DNA of 64,000 nucleotides from a virus (Duplodnaviria; Caudoviricetes): IMG/VR virus record IMGVR_UViG_3300042288_001626; one strand, 5' to 3'. Shown piece by piece: positions 55,649 to 64,000 of this stretch (position 1 is its first letter; each line of letters starts with the position of its first letter). The notes under the pieces were generated by a model. It saw only the letters and a program-made list of their open reading frames with translations, ran no database searches and was not told where the DNA came from. The position numbers and the translations under genes were made by a program.

Positions 55649-56092
55649 CTACATCGTGTGGTTAACTATAGAAAACGTAAATATAAAGTGTGCCATAGTG
55701 TCGGGCTCGCTAGTTATAGTGAACTGGCTTCCTGTCATTACAGCTGTGAGTACCATAGGTAGTATGGTTATATCTATCTGCTGTCCTCGTAACAAAGAGA
55801 AAGCCTGTTTAAATTTCTTTATTCCGGGTATGTTCCCTTTGCAGTCAGAAAAGAGCGTTCCTTCCACAGTAATATTACCTAACCCTTTACCGAAGTGTAT
55901 GTACTTAATCACATCGTCAAAAGTAAGAAAGTACTGTATTGTTTCTCCTAGCTGTACACTAACACTATTGTATATAGCTAGTCCTGTAGACCCGATGATA
56001 TTGCGTACTCCAGGGATATCTATAAAAGCGTCGGCAGCTCCTCCGCTGGAAAAGTAATCTTGTTTGTCTAGTGTTACGAATGTGGCAGGCAT
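55649..56092 (-). CDS. Tail-tube-like initiator protein (putative)
   Basis: 147 aa immediately after the TMP; FG.GLGNITVEGTLF. Confidence 0.55.
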   Translation of the reverse strand: MPATFVTLDKQDYFSSGGAADAFIDIPGVRNIIGSTGLAIYNSVSVQLGETIQYFLTFDDVIKYIHFGKGLGNITVEGTLFSDCKGNIPGIKKFKQAFSLLRGQQIDITILPMVLTAVMTGSQFTITSEPDTMAHFIFTFSIVNHTM

Positions 56093-56095
56093 AAG

Positions 56096-59000
56096 TTATC
56101 TAGGAGGTATAGCCTGAATTAGTTTCTCTAGGGCTGTACCTATTCCTCCTCCGGAAGTCATGACTTTTGTCAAATCTTGAAAAGCTTTTACCATATCTGT
56201 ACGTGCCTTGTCTTCAGGGCTGACATGTCCTTGAGCTACTCGCTCGTTTCGGTATCTTTCGATATCTTCTGCTGTTGTATTTACTTCAGCACCTAGCACA
56301 TTAGCTGCACCCTTATCCTCAAACCGTTGCTTAATAGCTGCTTCATCAAGGCCTCCAAAAGCTCCCTGCTGCTTTACCTTCGCATAAAACTTACTTCGAT
56401 CGCCGTCTCCTATGTCTTTACGTAATGCGGCTGCGTCCAGCTTACCATTGACTGTGTACGCTTGTATTGCTGCCTGCAGCTCAGGAGAGCCTTCCATGCT
56501 ATCACCTGCCTGGATATTCAGCCTTTCTGCAAGGTCTGTATCAGCTTTAATTTCGTGAGTTTTTAAGTCGGCAGCTACCTCAGTATCTATAGCAGCCTGC
56601 TCAACCGCAGCATTGAATGCTCCTGCCGTTCCCTCCAACCATTTAGAATAAGACTCGTTGTGATTTAATACATCAGTTTTCTTCGCGGTTCTTAAGCCTG
56701 CTAAAACTCGCTTATTATCATCGCTAAGAGCATCAAACCCTTTCTTTTTAAGTCTATCCTGCTCGGATTGAGATAACTGGTTAAAATCTTCAAGAGACCC
56801 TGTATATCCAGACATGCGGATCGTATCATTCTCTAGTTGATTTAAGAGCGTACGTGCTCCTTCCGCTGTCTGGGCGGCTGGAATGTTTTTTAGGGTCTGT
56901 GCAGTTTCTATAACATTATCATAGTCGCTGTCAGTTAGATCGCTCGTACCGAGACCCTCAGGAACAATCTGTCCTCTAGCAGTCATAACAGCTGCACGAT
57001 CTTTTAAGAAGGTGTTTATGTCTCCAACTATCCCTGCACTTTTAAGTGCCTGAGTAGAGCTATAGGAACCGCTTTTGGTCGCTATTGTCGCTCCCGATGT
57101 ACGCACACGCTCAATAGCTTTTTTTGCTGTGTCGGAGTCTTCGTCCTTAGAGGCGAATATACCTGCCATTGCTTGAGTTATCTCTTCGTAGGTTGAGGTT
57201 TTTCCTCCGGCAATGGCGCTGACTACTTGCGTAACCACAGGCTGGTACAGAGCACCATATTTCTTGTCCAGCTCAGCTGACTCGTCTGCCTGTTTCTGGA
57301 CCAGCTTATCGAGGTCTTCGTTTTGCTTATCTGTCCTTGTAGACCTTATTAAATCTTTACGAATGGCTGACTCTGCTGACTTTAATGCTTTTGTGCCAGC
57401 TTCATCAGTAGTGAGTGGACGTATCTTAGTGTTTATGTACTGATCAAGGCTTAGACCTGAGTCTTTATATCCTGCCACAAATTCCTCACGGTCTAATCCT
57501 CGGTTACTCATACCTTCATAGAAGGCGTTTAACAAATTCTTATCGCCTTCAGCTCCCAGAATCTTTTTGGCTACTTTTGAGTTTTTAAGCGACTGCTGAA
57601 TCATATCATCGCTTTGCCCCATATCTAAAAGATTAGCTGCGGTGTATTTCCCTCCGAAAGCAGCTACAAGTTTTTCCATGCCTCCCTTGTCTAGTCCTCC
57701 AGCAGTCATCTGTCCTGATGCAAATAATTCCTGTACCGCTTTCTGGGTTTTTTCATCCTTTGATGCGTCTGCAAGATTTAACATAACTGCAGAAAATCCT
57801 CCTAGAGATGATTGAGCGTAATTCATCTTGGTTTTGACCTCCTCTGCAGCTATTCCCTGAGACCCTCCGGCTCTTCTAAAGTCTTCGGCGCTCATGCCTC
57901 TTCCTATGTCTGCGGCTGTACCTACAGCCTTAACAGCCATTTCAGTGACAGCGGAACCGCTCATGTATTGTAGTTGAGGATTGTTCGCAGCCAGCTCCTT
58001 GGAAGCTTTTATAATACCCAGCATCGCCTGTATGCTTACTCCGGCTACACGGGCCGTGGCTTTCGTTTTGCGTAACAACTCTTCCACTTCTTTGGATCCT
58101 CCCTCGCCATCAGCTCTTGAAAGATCGACCGCAGTGTTACCCATAAGGTCACTGATCTTTTCCATCAGCTGTCCTCCAGGTTTATTTCCAAAAACAGCTC
58201 TAGCTGCAGACAGAGCTCCTGTACCTGTCTGGAACAGTTTGTTCATGGCCTCGGCAGGAGTCGTACCCTTCAAATCTCCAAGCATCCTGTAGTTTGCTCC
58301 CTGCACATAAGCAGAAGTAAAGTCCTCTATTTTAAATCCTCTAGAATTCTCGAAATTATAATTCGTGAACCTCTGCCCTTGTTTCTTGAATGCTGCTGCT
58401 TCTTCGGCAAACTTAGCAGAAGGATCTGGTTTCTTGTACTTATCTACTTCTTCTCTAACTTTGGCCGCATCAAGATCTTTGCCTTCACCATAACGGGTCA
58501 GCTTATCTATTTGTTCGGTCTCTAGCTTCAAGCGTTTTTCAAGCTTGGTTTTGAGTCTTTTGTTTAAAGCCTCTTTCTGTTTTTTATCTTCTGTATTTTC
58601 TAGCTGTGTAAGGTCGGCTTCGATATCGGCAGCACCAGAAGCTTTTTCAATCTCTCTCTGTCTTATGTTTCTTACTGTTTGAGAATTCTCGTCGGTAATG
58701 TCGATCTTTTGAATGTTGGCTAAATCTGCGTCTGCGTTGCCTGAAAGACTGACACCTATAGACTTTAGGTAATCTTGACCTTTTTGACCTTCTTTGTAGC
58801 GATTGGATAAAAAATCTCGGTGTCTTTTATTTATCTCTTCCCCTATCCCTTTAGCTCCGTCAAATTTTTGGACATTGTACATGTTGCTCGTCAAGGCAGA
58901 CATGATGTTGCTGACTTCACCTGCACCCATAGACTCTGTACGCCCAAAATTACCCATGACATTAGCTCCTGTCATGCCTGCATATAATTGCATCGAAGCA

Positions 59001-59341
59001 GCCATCGGATTTCCGCCAAGCAAAGGGGATATTGCGCTGCCTATTAAACTATCTGGAGATGCTCCAAGCGCTCCAATAGCTCCAAGCAATGGATTCTGGC
59101 TGACTCCCATTTGCTGGAAGAACCTATTATTCATGAATCCCTCTCTTTGGAGATTCATGAACTGCATTGATCTCTCGCGCTGAATAAACGAGTCATGAAT
59201 GTCTTGCCCGCTTCCAGGAACAGGAAGAAGAGTTCCTCCGAAAACTCCACGCATCAAAGAGTTCACGATAGGATTCCCGAAGTTTCTTATATTCGGCGAA
59301 TACTCGTAGTCGTCTTCGTATGGATCAAAGGGACGAAACAT
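56096..59341 (-). CDS. Tape measure protein
   Basis: 1081 aa, Ala/Gly-rich and helical; follows the tube and chaperone genes. Confidence 0.8.
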   Translation of the reverse strand: MFRPFDPYEDDYEYSPNIRNFGNPIVNSLMRGVFGGTLLPVPGSGQDIHDSFIQRERSMQFMNLQREGFMNNRFFQQMGVSQNPLLGAIGALGASPDSLIGSAISPLLGGNPMAASMQLYAGMTGANVMGNFGRTESMGAGEVSNIMSALTSNMYNVQKFDGAKGIGEEINKRHRDFLSNRYKEGQKGQDYLKSIGVSLSGNADADLANIQKIDITDENSQTVRNIRQREIEKASGAADIEADLTQLENTEDKKQKEALNKRLKTKLEKRLKLETEQIDKLTRYGEGKDLDAAKVREEVDKYKKPDPSAKFAEEAAAFKKQGQRFTNYNFENSRGFKIEDFTSAYVQGANYRMLGDLKGTTPAEAMNKLFQTGTGALSAARAVFGNKPGGQLMEKISDLMGNTAVDLSRADGEGGSKEVEELLRKTKATARVAGVSIQAMLGIIKASKELAANNPQLQYMSGSAVTEMAVKAVGTAADIGRGMSAEDFRRAGGSQGIAAEEVKTKMNYAQSSLGGFSAVMLNLADASKDEKTQKAVQELFASGQMTAGGLDKGGMEKLVAAFGGKYTAANLLDMGQSDDMIQQSLKNSKVAKKILGAEGDKNLLNAFYEGMSNRGLDREEFVAGYKDSGLSLDQYINTKIRPLTTDEAGTKALKSAESAIRKDLIRSTRTDKQNEDLDKLVQKQADESAELDKKYGALYQPVVTQVVSAIAGGKTSTYEEITQAMAGIFASKDEDSDTAKKAIERVRTSGATIATKSGSYSSTQALKSAGIVGDINTFLKDRAAVMTARGQIVPEGLGTSDLTDSDYDNVIETAQTLKNIPAAQTAEGARTLLNQLENDTIRMSGYTGSLEDFNQLSQSEQDRLKKKGFDALSDDNKRVLAGLRTAKKTDVLNHNESYSKWLEGTAGAFNAAVEQAAIDTEVAADLKTHEIKADTDLAERLNIQAGDSMEGSPELQAAIQAYTVNGKLDAAALRKDIGDGDRSKFYAKVKQQGAFGGLDEAAIKQRFEDKGAANVLGAEVNTTAEDIERYRNERVAQGHVSPEDKARTDMVKAFQDLTKVMTSGGGIGTALEKLIQAIPPR

Positions 59342-59344
59342 TTT

Positions 59345-59701
59345 TTATTTTTTATTAACTTTTTCCAAAAACTCTTTCCAATTTGACAGATCATCGCTAA
59401 CCTGTTTTGTTGGTGTTTTATCTATTGTATCTTTTGCGAGAGCTAAAGGCAATTTTAATCCTATAAGCGATTTAGATACGTCGTATATAGGGTCTAGAAG
59501 ACCTTTTTGTTTATTATCTATACTGCTACGTATAATAGTTTCTATAAGAAGTCTATTTTGAAGCAGTCCATATAGTCTTTGATTTTCTATATAGTCAATA
59601 ATTATAGCCTCTCGAAGATGAGAGGTTTTCTGCGAATAATCAAATTTAAGCCAGCCACGCAGATAGCCTTCAGTCAGACAAGTTACGCGCTGGCTTTCCA
59701 A
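59345..59701 (-). CDS. Tail assembly chaperone, -1 frame part (T of G/GT)
   Basis: Opens at TTG 59701 exactly after the slippery site and ends 3 nt before the TMP start. Confidence 0.75.
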   Translation of the reverse strand: MESQRVTCLTEGYLRGWLKFDYSQKTSHLREAIIIDYIENQRLYGLLQNRLLIETIIRSSIDNKQKGLLDPIYDVSKSLIGLKLPLALAKDTIDKTPTKQVSDDLSNWKEFLEKVNKK

Positions 59702-60198
59702 AAATTTGGAGTTTGTACCTCTCTAGTCAAAACAACTAATTTTTTTTCAAAAAGCTGAAAAGCATCAAGCATAATACTTAACTTAGGTGTACTCCAAGAG
59801 AGTACAGGTCTAGCGCGAGAAAGAACATATGTATCTTTTTCAGTCATAGGACTGAAGTTGTCTTTTGTCACAGAAGAAAAGGTGTTGTCATCTATCGAGT
59901 GCAACGACAGACCTAGCCGGTATGTGGCGATAGTTATAAAATAAGCGTCGTTATCAGCAGCAACACCATTCTTCTTGTCTTCAACAATTTGATTAACCAC
60001 GTCGGTGTTCTCTTGTACGGTAAGCGCCTTAAACCGTACTTTCATTTGACCGTCAAACAGATAATTAACTTCTTCATACGGTCTATCCGCCAGCACACTC
60101 TTGAAGAATCTATCTTTGTCGTCGTCAGTAATTTTAACGGCTTTGATGTCTTCGGTAGTCATATCTATCGACTGATTGACTAAGGGTTGGTTTTCCAT
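59683..60198 (-). CDS. Tail assembly chaperone G
   Basis: 171-aa acidic ORF upstream of the TMP, ending PNFWKASA*. Confidence 0.75.
   Translation of the reverse strand: MENQPLVNQSIDMTTEDIKAVKITDDDKDRFFKSVLADRPYEEVNYLFDGQMKVRFKALTVQENTDVVNQIVEDKKNGVAADNDAYFITIATYRLGLSLHSIDDNTFSSVTKDNFSPMTEKDTYVLSRARPVLSWSTPKLSIMLDAFQLFEKKLVVLTREVQTPNFWKASA
59701..59707 (-). promoter_or_regulatory. -1 programmed frameshift heptamer A AAT TTT
   Basis: X XXY YYZ in the correct phase, joining G to the downstream ORF. Confidence 0.78.
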
Positions 60199-60199
60199 A

Positions 60200-62563
60200 T
60201 TATTTTTGTACTGTGTATTTGTTTAAAGAGGCGAGAGATATTTCGGCAGGAGAATTCGAGGAATCAGCCTTGTTAGAGTAGTCTGCTCCTACATCGTTTT
60301 TTTCAAGATTAACAGGTTTCTCCGCAGAGTAATAGAAGTTTTCGAACAAATCTTTACCTGGATAGGGCATAGAGTTGTTAATTTCCTTCTCTTCCCAAGT
60401 ATCTAACGAATAGATATTGGTGAGCAAATCGTCCTGTTGAGCTAGTGTGGATGGGATGCCGTCTTCTTCTGGGTTAAGTTGTCCATATTGTGTGGACTTC
60501 AAGAAATGAAACTGAAGATCGTCAAACTTACTTGCGTCTTGAAATACCGTCTTGGCTAGTAGGTTAGCTTTATCCTGCTTCGCTTTGCCGAACTCGGACG
60601 AGAGCTGAGGAACATCTAGAACACCTTTAAGAATGTCGACAAATCCGCTGTCTTTGTCGTACATAATTCCAAGGTTTTGATCTTTCTGCCCTAGTACAGT
60701 CGAGCCTGCTCCTGCGGCAATAACGGACCCTTCAGCCAATATAGCTGCAAAACTTCCAGACATGGTTACAGAAATTCCGTCAGAGAAATTGAACAGATTC
60801 TGTTTGCCGTAAGTAGTCAGTGTGCTGTCTGCAACTATATCAATATTGCTTTTTGATTGCAGCAGTACGTTGTTCTTGGCGTAGCTCACAACATTATTCT
60901 CTGCATAGTTGTATACGCTGAGTTTTGACTTCAGTACGATCCCGCCTATGTTCTCTACGGCGCTTTCGGTAGGGTCAGGGTATCCTGGGCTATCTTCACT
61001 CCCGTTTGCCTCTAAAATTATTCCTGCTTCATCGCTGTAGAAATATTGCGCCTTTTGAGACTTCAAGCGCAAGCCTTCCTCAGAAGAGGAAATGTCCACA
61101 TGCTTCTTACAAGCCAAATTTATATGTCCTCCTGACTTAACTATTGTGTTTCTGAGAGGCTGAGCAACGAAGTCTTTTGCTGGCTGAATATAGACATTAC
61201 CTCCTTCCATGACGATGGCCGAATTCCAGGCGTCGCGAATAACAATACCTCCATTGGGCATCAAGTATATGCCAGAAGTTCTAAGATTATAATTTTTTTG
61301 ATTCAGATCAGTTTCGCTATCGACCTCGTTAATTTCCTTTAAATTGGTTTCTTTAGAGATGTCGTCGTTGACGAAAAAGTCTTTTTCATGGGTTTTAAAA
61401 TTTTGATAACCCAGCTTCTCATTCACAAAGGCTACATAATCACGAATCTGTAGAGCGTAATTAAAAGGATTCTCTTTATATTTAAATCTATCAGAGAATT
61501 CAAAACTGTCTTTATGTGTATAGTTTAATTTCGACGCGTCGTCTCCGTTAGGGTCGTCAGGAGCTGCTTTCCTGTGAGGAACACGTATCCAGTTTGTTTT
61601 CTCTATAAACACTTCTTTAACGCTACGCACATGGAACCCTCCATCCGTACCACAATGCACATCAAGTAGTCCTGTGTCGGGACTGCTAGGAATGTTTTCA
61701 GGATTTAAGGTTCTGATTTCAGTAGGGTCAGGACGAACAATAAAAAATCTTAAAAAGTCTCCTACGCTACCCAAGAACAACTTAAACCTCTCGATCGCCT
61801 TGATTCTTTCGTCTTCGTTGATCTTATAAAAATCGGAGGAATCGTCGGTAGTCTTAGGAGGACTATCTTCTGCAAAAACGGTGGCGCTACCTTTGTCATT
61901 CCGTACTGCAGGACTACCATACGACTCTGCTGGCTTATGAGTGGCTCCAAACTCAGCCATCAAGCTTTTACCGTCATGATAGATATTGTACTCACCTAGA
62001 GCCGTATAATGCTGAAAATTATGACTTATAATCCTAACCAAGTCGTCAAGCAGATGACATTGTATCTGAGATAGCTCGGAAGCTTTGAGATTGGCTAGCT
62101 GCTGATATAAGCCAAGCAAAACACCAAACTCATTCGAAACTACGTGCTCACCATCAACAACATCTCCTGGTCTTCTGTTGTCGTAGATGATGCCTGTGCG
62201 TTCTGAGTGACCATATCTATTTGCCGCATCATCTAGTGCTTGTTTACCGCCTAAAGAAGATCTGGCAGGTATTGTAGAATCTTCTTCGATGGTGGGCTGA
62301 GGAATGATTCCTATAATGAAGCAGTTTGTGTCCGTGTCCTCTACACACAAGACCCGACTGCCTGGTTGAGGAAGTGTAGATTCCTTGAAGCCTAGAAAGG
62401 AAGCCATGACAGAGGAAACGACCGTACCTTGCATAGGCATAGCCATGCCTTCGGTAGCATTGAAGCCTGTGGACTCTCTGCCTACAGTCACTGCATTTGT
62501 GCCTGCGCTGGAAGTAATTACTCTGCCAATAAAAGTACTTAGATGATCAGATGTTGTATACAT
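60200..62563 (-). CDS. Baseplate central spike (gp5/VgrG-like)
   Basis: N-terminal OB-fold-like LPQPGSRVLCV followed by long beta-repeat segments. Confidence 0.65.
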   Translation of the reverse strand: MYTTSDHLSTFIGRVITSSAGTNAVTVGRESTGFNATEGMAMPMQGTVVSSVMASFLGFKESTLPQPGSRVLCVEDTDTNCFIIGIIPQPTIEEDSTIPARSSLGGKQALDDAANRYGHSERTGIIYDNRRPGDVVDGEHVVSNEFGVLLGLYQQLANLKASELSQIQCHLLDDLVRIISHNFQHYTALGEYNIYHDGKSLMAEFGATHKPAESYGSPAVRNDKGSATVFAEDSPPKTTDDSSDFYKINEDERIKAIERFKLFLGSVGDFLRFFIVRPDPTEIRTLNPENIPSSPDTGLLDVHCGTDGGFHVRSVKEVFIEKTNWIRVPHRKAAPDDPNGDDASKLNYTHKDSFEFSDRFKYKENPFNYALQIRDYVAFVNEKLGYQNFKTHEKDFFVNDDISKETNLKEINEVDSETDLNQKNYNLRTSGIYLMPNGGIVIRDAWNSAIVMEGGNVYIQPAKDFVAQPLRNTIVKSGGHINLACKKHVDISSSEEGLRLKSQKAQYFYSDEAGIILEANGSEDSPGYPDPTESAVENIGGIVLKSKLSVYNYAENNVVSYAKNNVLLQSKSNIDIVADSTLTTYGKQNLFNFSDGISVTMSGSFAAILAEGSVIAAGAGSTVLGQKDQNLGIMYDKDSGFVDILKGVLDVPQLSSEFGKAKQDKANLLAKTVFQDASKFDDLQFHFLKSTQYGQLNPEEDGIPSTLAQQDDLLTNIYSLDTWEEKEINNSMPYPGKDLFENFYYSAEKPVNLEKNDVGADYSNKADSSNSPAEISLASLNKYTVQK

Positions 62564-62564
62564 A

Positions 62565-62606
62565 AAAAGAAAACCACAGTCTTAATATACAAGACTGTGG
62601 TTTTTT
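62565..62606 (-). terminator. 14-bp-stem terminator after the tail tube gene (T-tracts on both strands)
   Basis: AAAACCACAGTCTT-7nt-AAGACTGTGGTTTT. Confidence 0.85.
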
Positions 62607-62628
62607 ATCAAGAGTACAGTAGGTCAAA

Positions 62629-63066
62629 TTAGCCTGGAGCCAACTGAAGGAACTCTATGACAACATTATCCATAACTGTCAGACTTTCGGCTTCAGCCTG
62701 AACAGAGAACTGAGATACAACGCAACCCTTGGCGGTAAACGTCATAGGCGTAGCCGAGCTATTACACCCGCCACCGAGCGTCAATATGATCGTACCCGGT
62801 CTACAAGCATTCCAGCCGTCGGCCGAGAATAAAGTTGCAGAGTCGGTGGTGAGCAACCGCTGGACATTAATTTGTCCGTTAGGCATAGCGGCCCAAATGA
62901 CTGCATCTTTGTTACCAATCGTACGCCTACGATTAATTTGTTGTGCGTAAGAAACGGCTACTTGAATCGCTCCAGTGACGATAGTACTACCCCACTGAAT
63001 TGTGGCTTTATCTGCCGTTAATGGTGTTTTGATGTTTTGATCTCCAAATCCGTATAAATCTGCCAT
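62629..63066 (-). CDS. Tail tube protein
   Basis: 145 aa beta-rich, downstream of the sheath, with its own promoter and terminator. Confidence 0.75.
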   Translation of the reverse strand: MADLYGFGDQNIKTPLTADKATIQWGSTIVTGAIQVAVSYAQQINRRRTIGNKDAVIWAAMPNGQINVQRLLTTDSATLFSADGWNACRPGTIILTLGGGCNSSATPMTFTAKGCVVSQFSVQAEAESLTVMDNVVIEFLQLAPG

Positions 63067-63094
63067 ATGTATTTAGTGGTTAGTTGTTCTCTTT

Positions 63095-63123
63095 ATTATA
63101 AGCTTATTAAAACTGAAGTGCAA
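63095..63123 (-). promoter_or_regulatory. Near-consensus sigma70 promoter of the tube gene
   Basis: TTGCAC-N17-TATAAT. Confidence 0.8.
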
Positions 63124-63135
63124 GTCTACTTATAC

Positions 63136-63339
63136 CTATTTTATAAGACCTAATGCTTTGGCTACTTCTTCAAAGTTCGGATCTTCTCCTTTAGTATATC
63201 TTATCCAACCCTTACCTTCTCCAACAATTCTATAGATTACATTAGGTCTACCGTCATCAGAATATATCAAAATTCCTGTAGCTTTATCTGTATTCAATAG
63301 GGTGGGTTCTCTAAAATCTCCTGTAACTATTACTTTCAT
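63136..63339 (-). CDS. Hypothetical protein
   Basis: 67-aa ORF. Confidence 0.6.
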   Translation of the reverse strand: MKVIVTGDFREPTLLNTDKATGILIYSDDGRPNVIYRIVGEGKGWIRYTKGEDPNFEEVAKALGLIK

Positions 63340-63591
63340 TTACATTTGAATTCTACGTCTACCCTCAGTCATCTGCTGATCTATAAGATCCTGTTTAATT
63401 AGGTCTGCTAGACCTGCTGCTTCTTCATGATGCTCATACTCATCGTCAGGCAACTCCTTAAAAAGGGACGAAGTGCCTGGATAGTCTGAGGCTCTTTTCA
63501 ACATATGGAGTGCCTGATCAACAGGCACTCCATATTCTTCAGCACATTTAATAAAGCCTGCCTCGAAAGAGTTCATATTCAGATTAGCCAA
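63340..63591 (-). CDS. Small protein with a GFIKCAEEYG N-terminal motif
   Basis: Shares its N-terminal motif with 32640-33257. Confidence 0.65.
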   Translation of the reverse strand: MANLNMNSFEAGFIKCAEEYGVPVDQALHMLKRASDYPGTSSLFKELPDDEYEHHEEAAGLADLIKQDLIDQQMTEGRRRIQM

Positions 63592-64000
63592 CAGTCAACT
63601 TTAAGTTAACGTAGTTCATCGGGTATGGAACATTCAAGCGGACCTCAGCGTCAATACTGTCTTTAAATACAGGATTCTGTGCAACGCTGATGATATCGTC
63701 TTTAGGAGTGAAGCTGACTAACTGATTACCAGCACGAGCTGTAAACGTGTTGGTTGCTCTGCTGGATAACTCAGCAGCAATAGCTGCACGAACGATCCCC
63801 ACCGTCTCAGGGTTGATGTTGTATCTTCCTACAAAGGGAGACAACACAGCCTTTAACGCATAGCTGATAGAGTCAACATTAGTGGTGATAGAGTCTTCTG
63901 AAGTATTAACTCCTGTTGTAGATGTGGTAAGCTGATGTCTGACATACGGAAGAGACGTGAGCGTTTCTTGCGCAATAATCCAGACTCCCTTATCCGCCAT
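63584..64000 (-). CDS. Tail sheath protein, C-terminal part (5' truncated at the window edge)
   Basis: VRHQLTT...ITTNVD...FVGRYNI...VPYPMNYVNLKL; upstream of the tube gene. Confidence 0.8.
   Translation of the reverse strand: MADKGVWIIAQETLTSLPYVRHQLTTSTTGVNTSEDSITTNVDSISYALKAVLSPFVGRYNINPETVGIVRAAIAAELSSRATNTFTARAGNQLVSFTPKDDIISVAQNPVFKDSIDAEVRLNVPYPMNYVNLKLTVG

Noticed and set aside
117-62950. Numerous short plus-strand ORFs in the track (e.g. 117-608, 2869-3504, 26802-27299, 55656-56057)
   Set aside because: Antisense shadows of longer minus-strand genes that carry recognisable motifs
1-64000. Stop-codon reassignment, as seen in some jumbo phages
   Set aside because: Genes are full length and tightly packed under code 11, with TAG, TGA and TAA all used as real stops

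Overview
This 64-kb window is a segment of a large (jumbo-type) contractile-tailed dsDNA phage genome. It uses standard code 11 and is almost entirely encoded on the minus strand. Left part: an edge-truncated ~627-aa ORF missed by the ORF track, a ThiS/ubiquitin-like small protein, a GP88-family protein, and a replication block (UDG-like domain fused to a family-A DNA polymerase, DnaB-like helicase, TOPRIM primase, SF2 helicase, SbcC/Rad50). Next comes an ~8-kb accessory island of small ORFs (UvsE, YopX, Lar-like, nucleotidyltransferase), then SbcD/Mre11 and a CX5R phosphatase. Middle: a promoter-to-terminator operon (AT-hook protein, Ycf46-like AAA+, DUF3150-like, DUF1257-like, DUF2997-like), a plus-strand terminase, putative head proteins rich in K-x-A motifs, a complete tmRNA with an unusually long duplicated tag, and an unannotated ~140-nt pseudoknotted small RNA just upstream of it. 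Right part: five tandem paralogous Cys-containing tail/baseplate proteins, baseplate wedge/hub/spike, a phage sigma factor, tape measure, a -1 frameshifted tail chaperone pair, tail tube, and a truncated sheath. All family assignments come from manual motif recognition; no database searches were run. Best candidates for undescribed biology: the Ubl plus partner gene at the left edge, the pseudoknot sRNA/tmRNA cassette, the AT-hook/AAA+/DUF1257/DUF2997 operon, and the K-x-A / GFIKxA head-protein signals.
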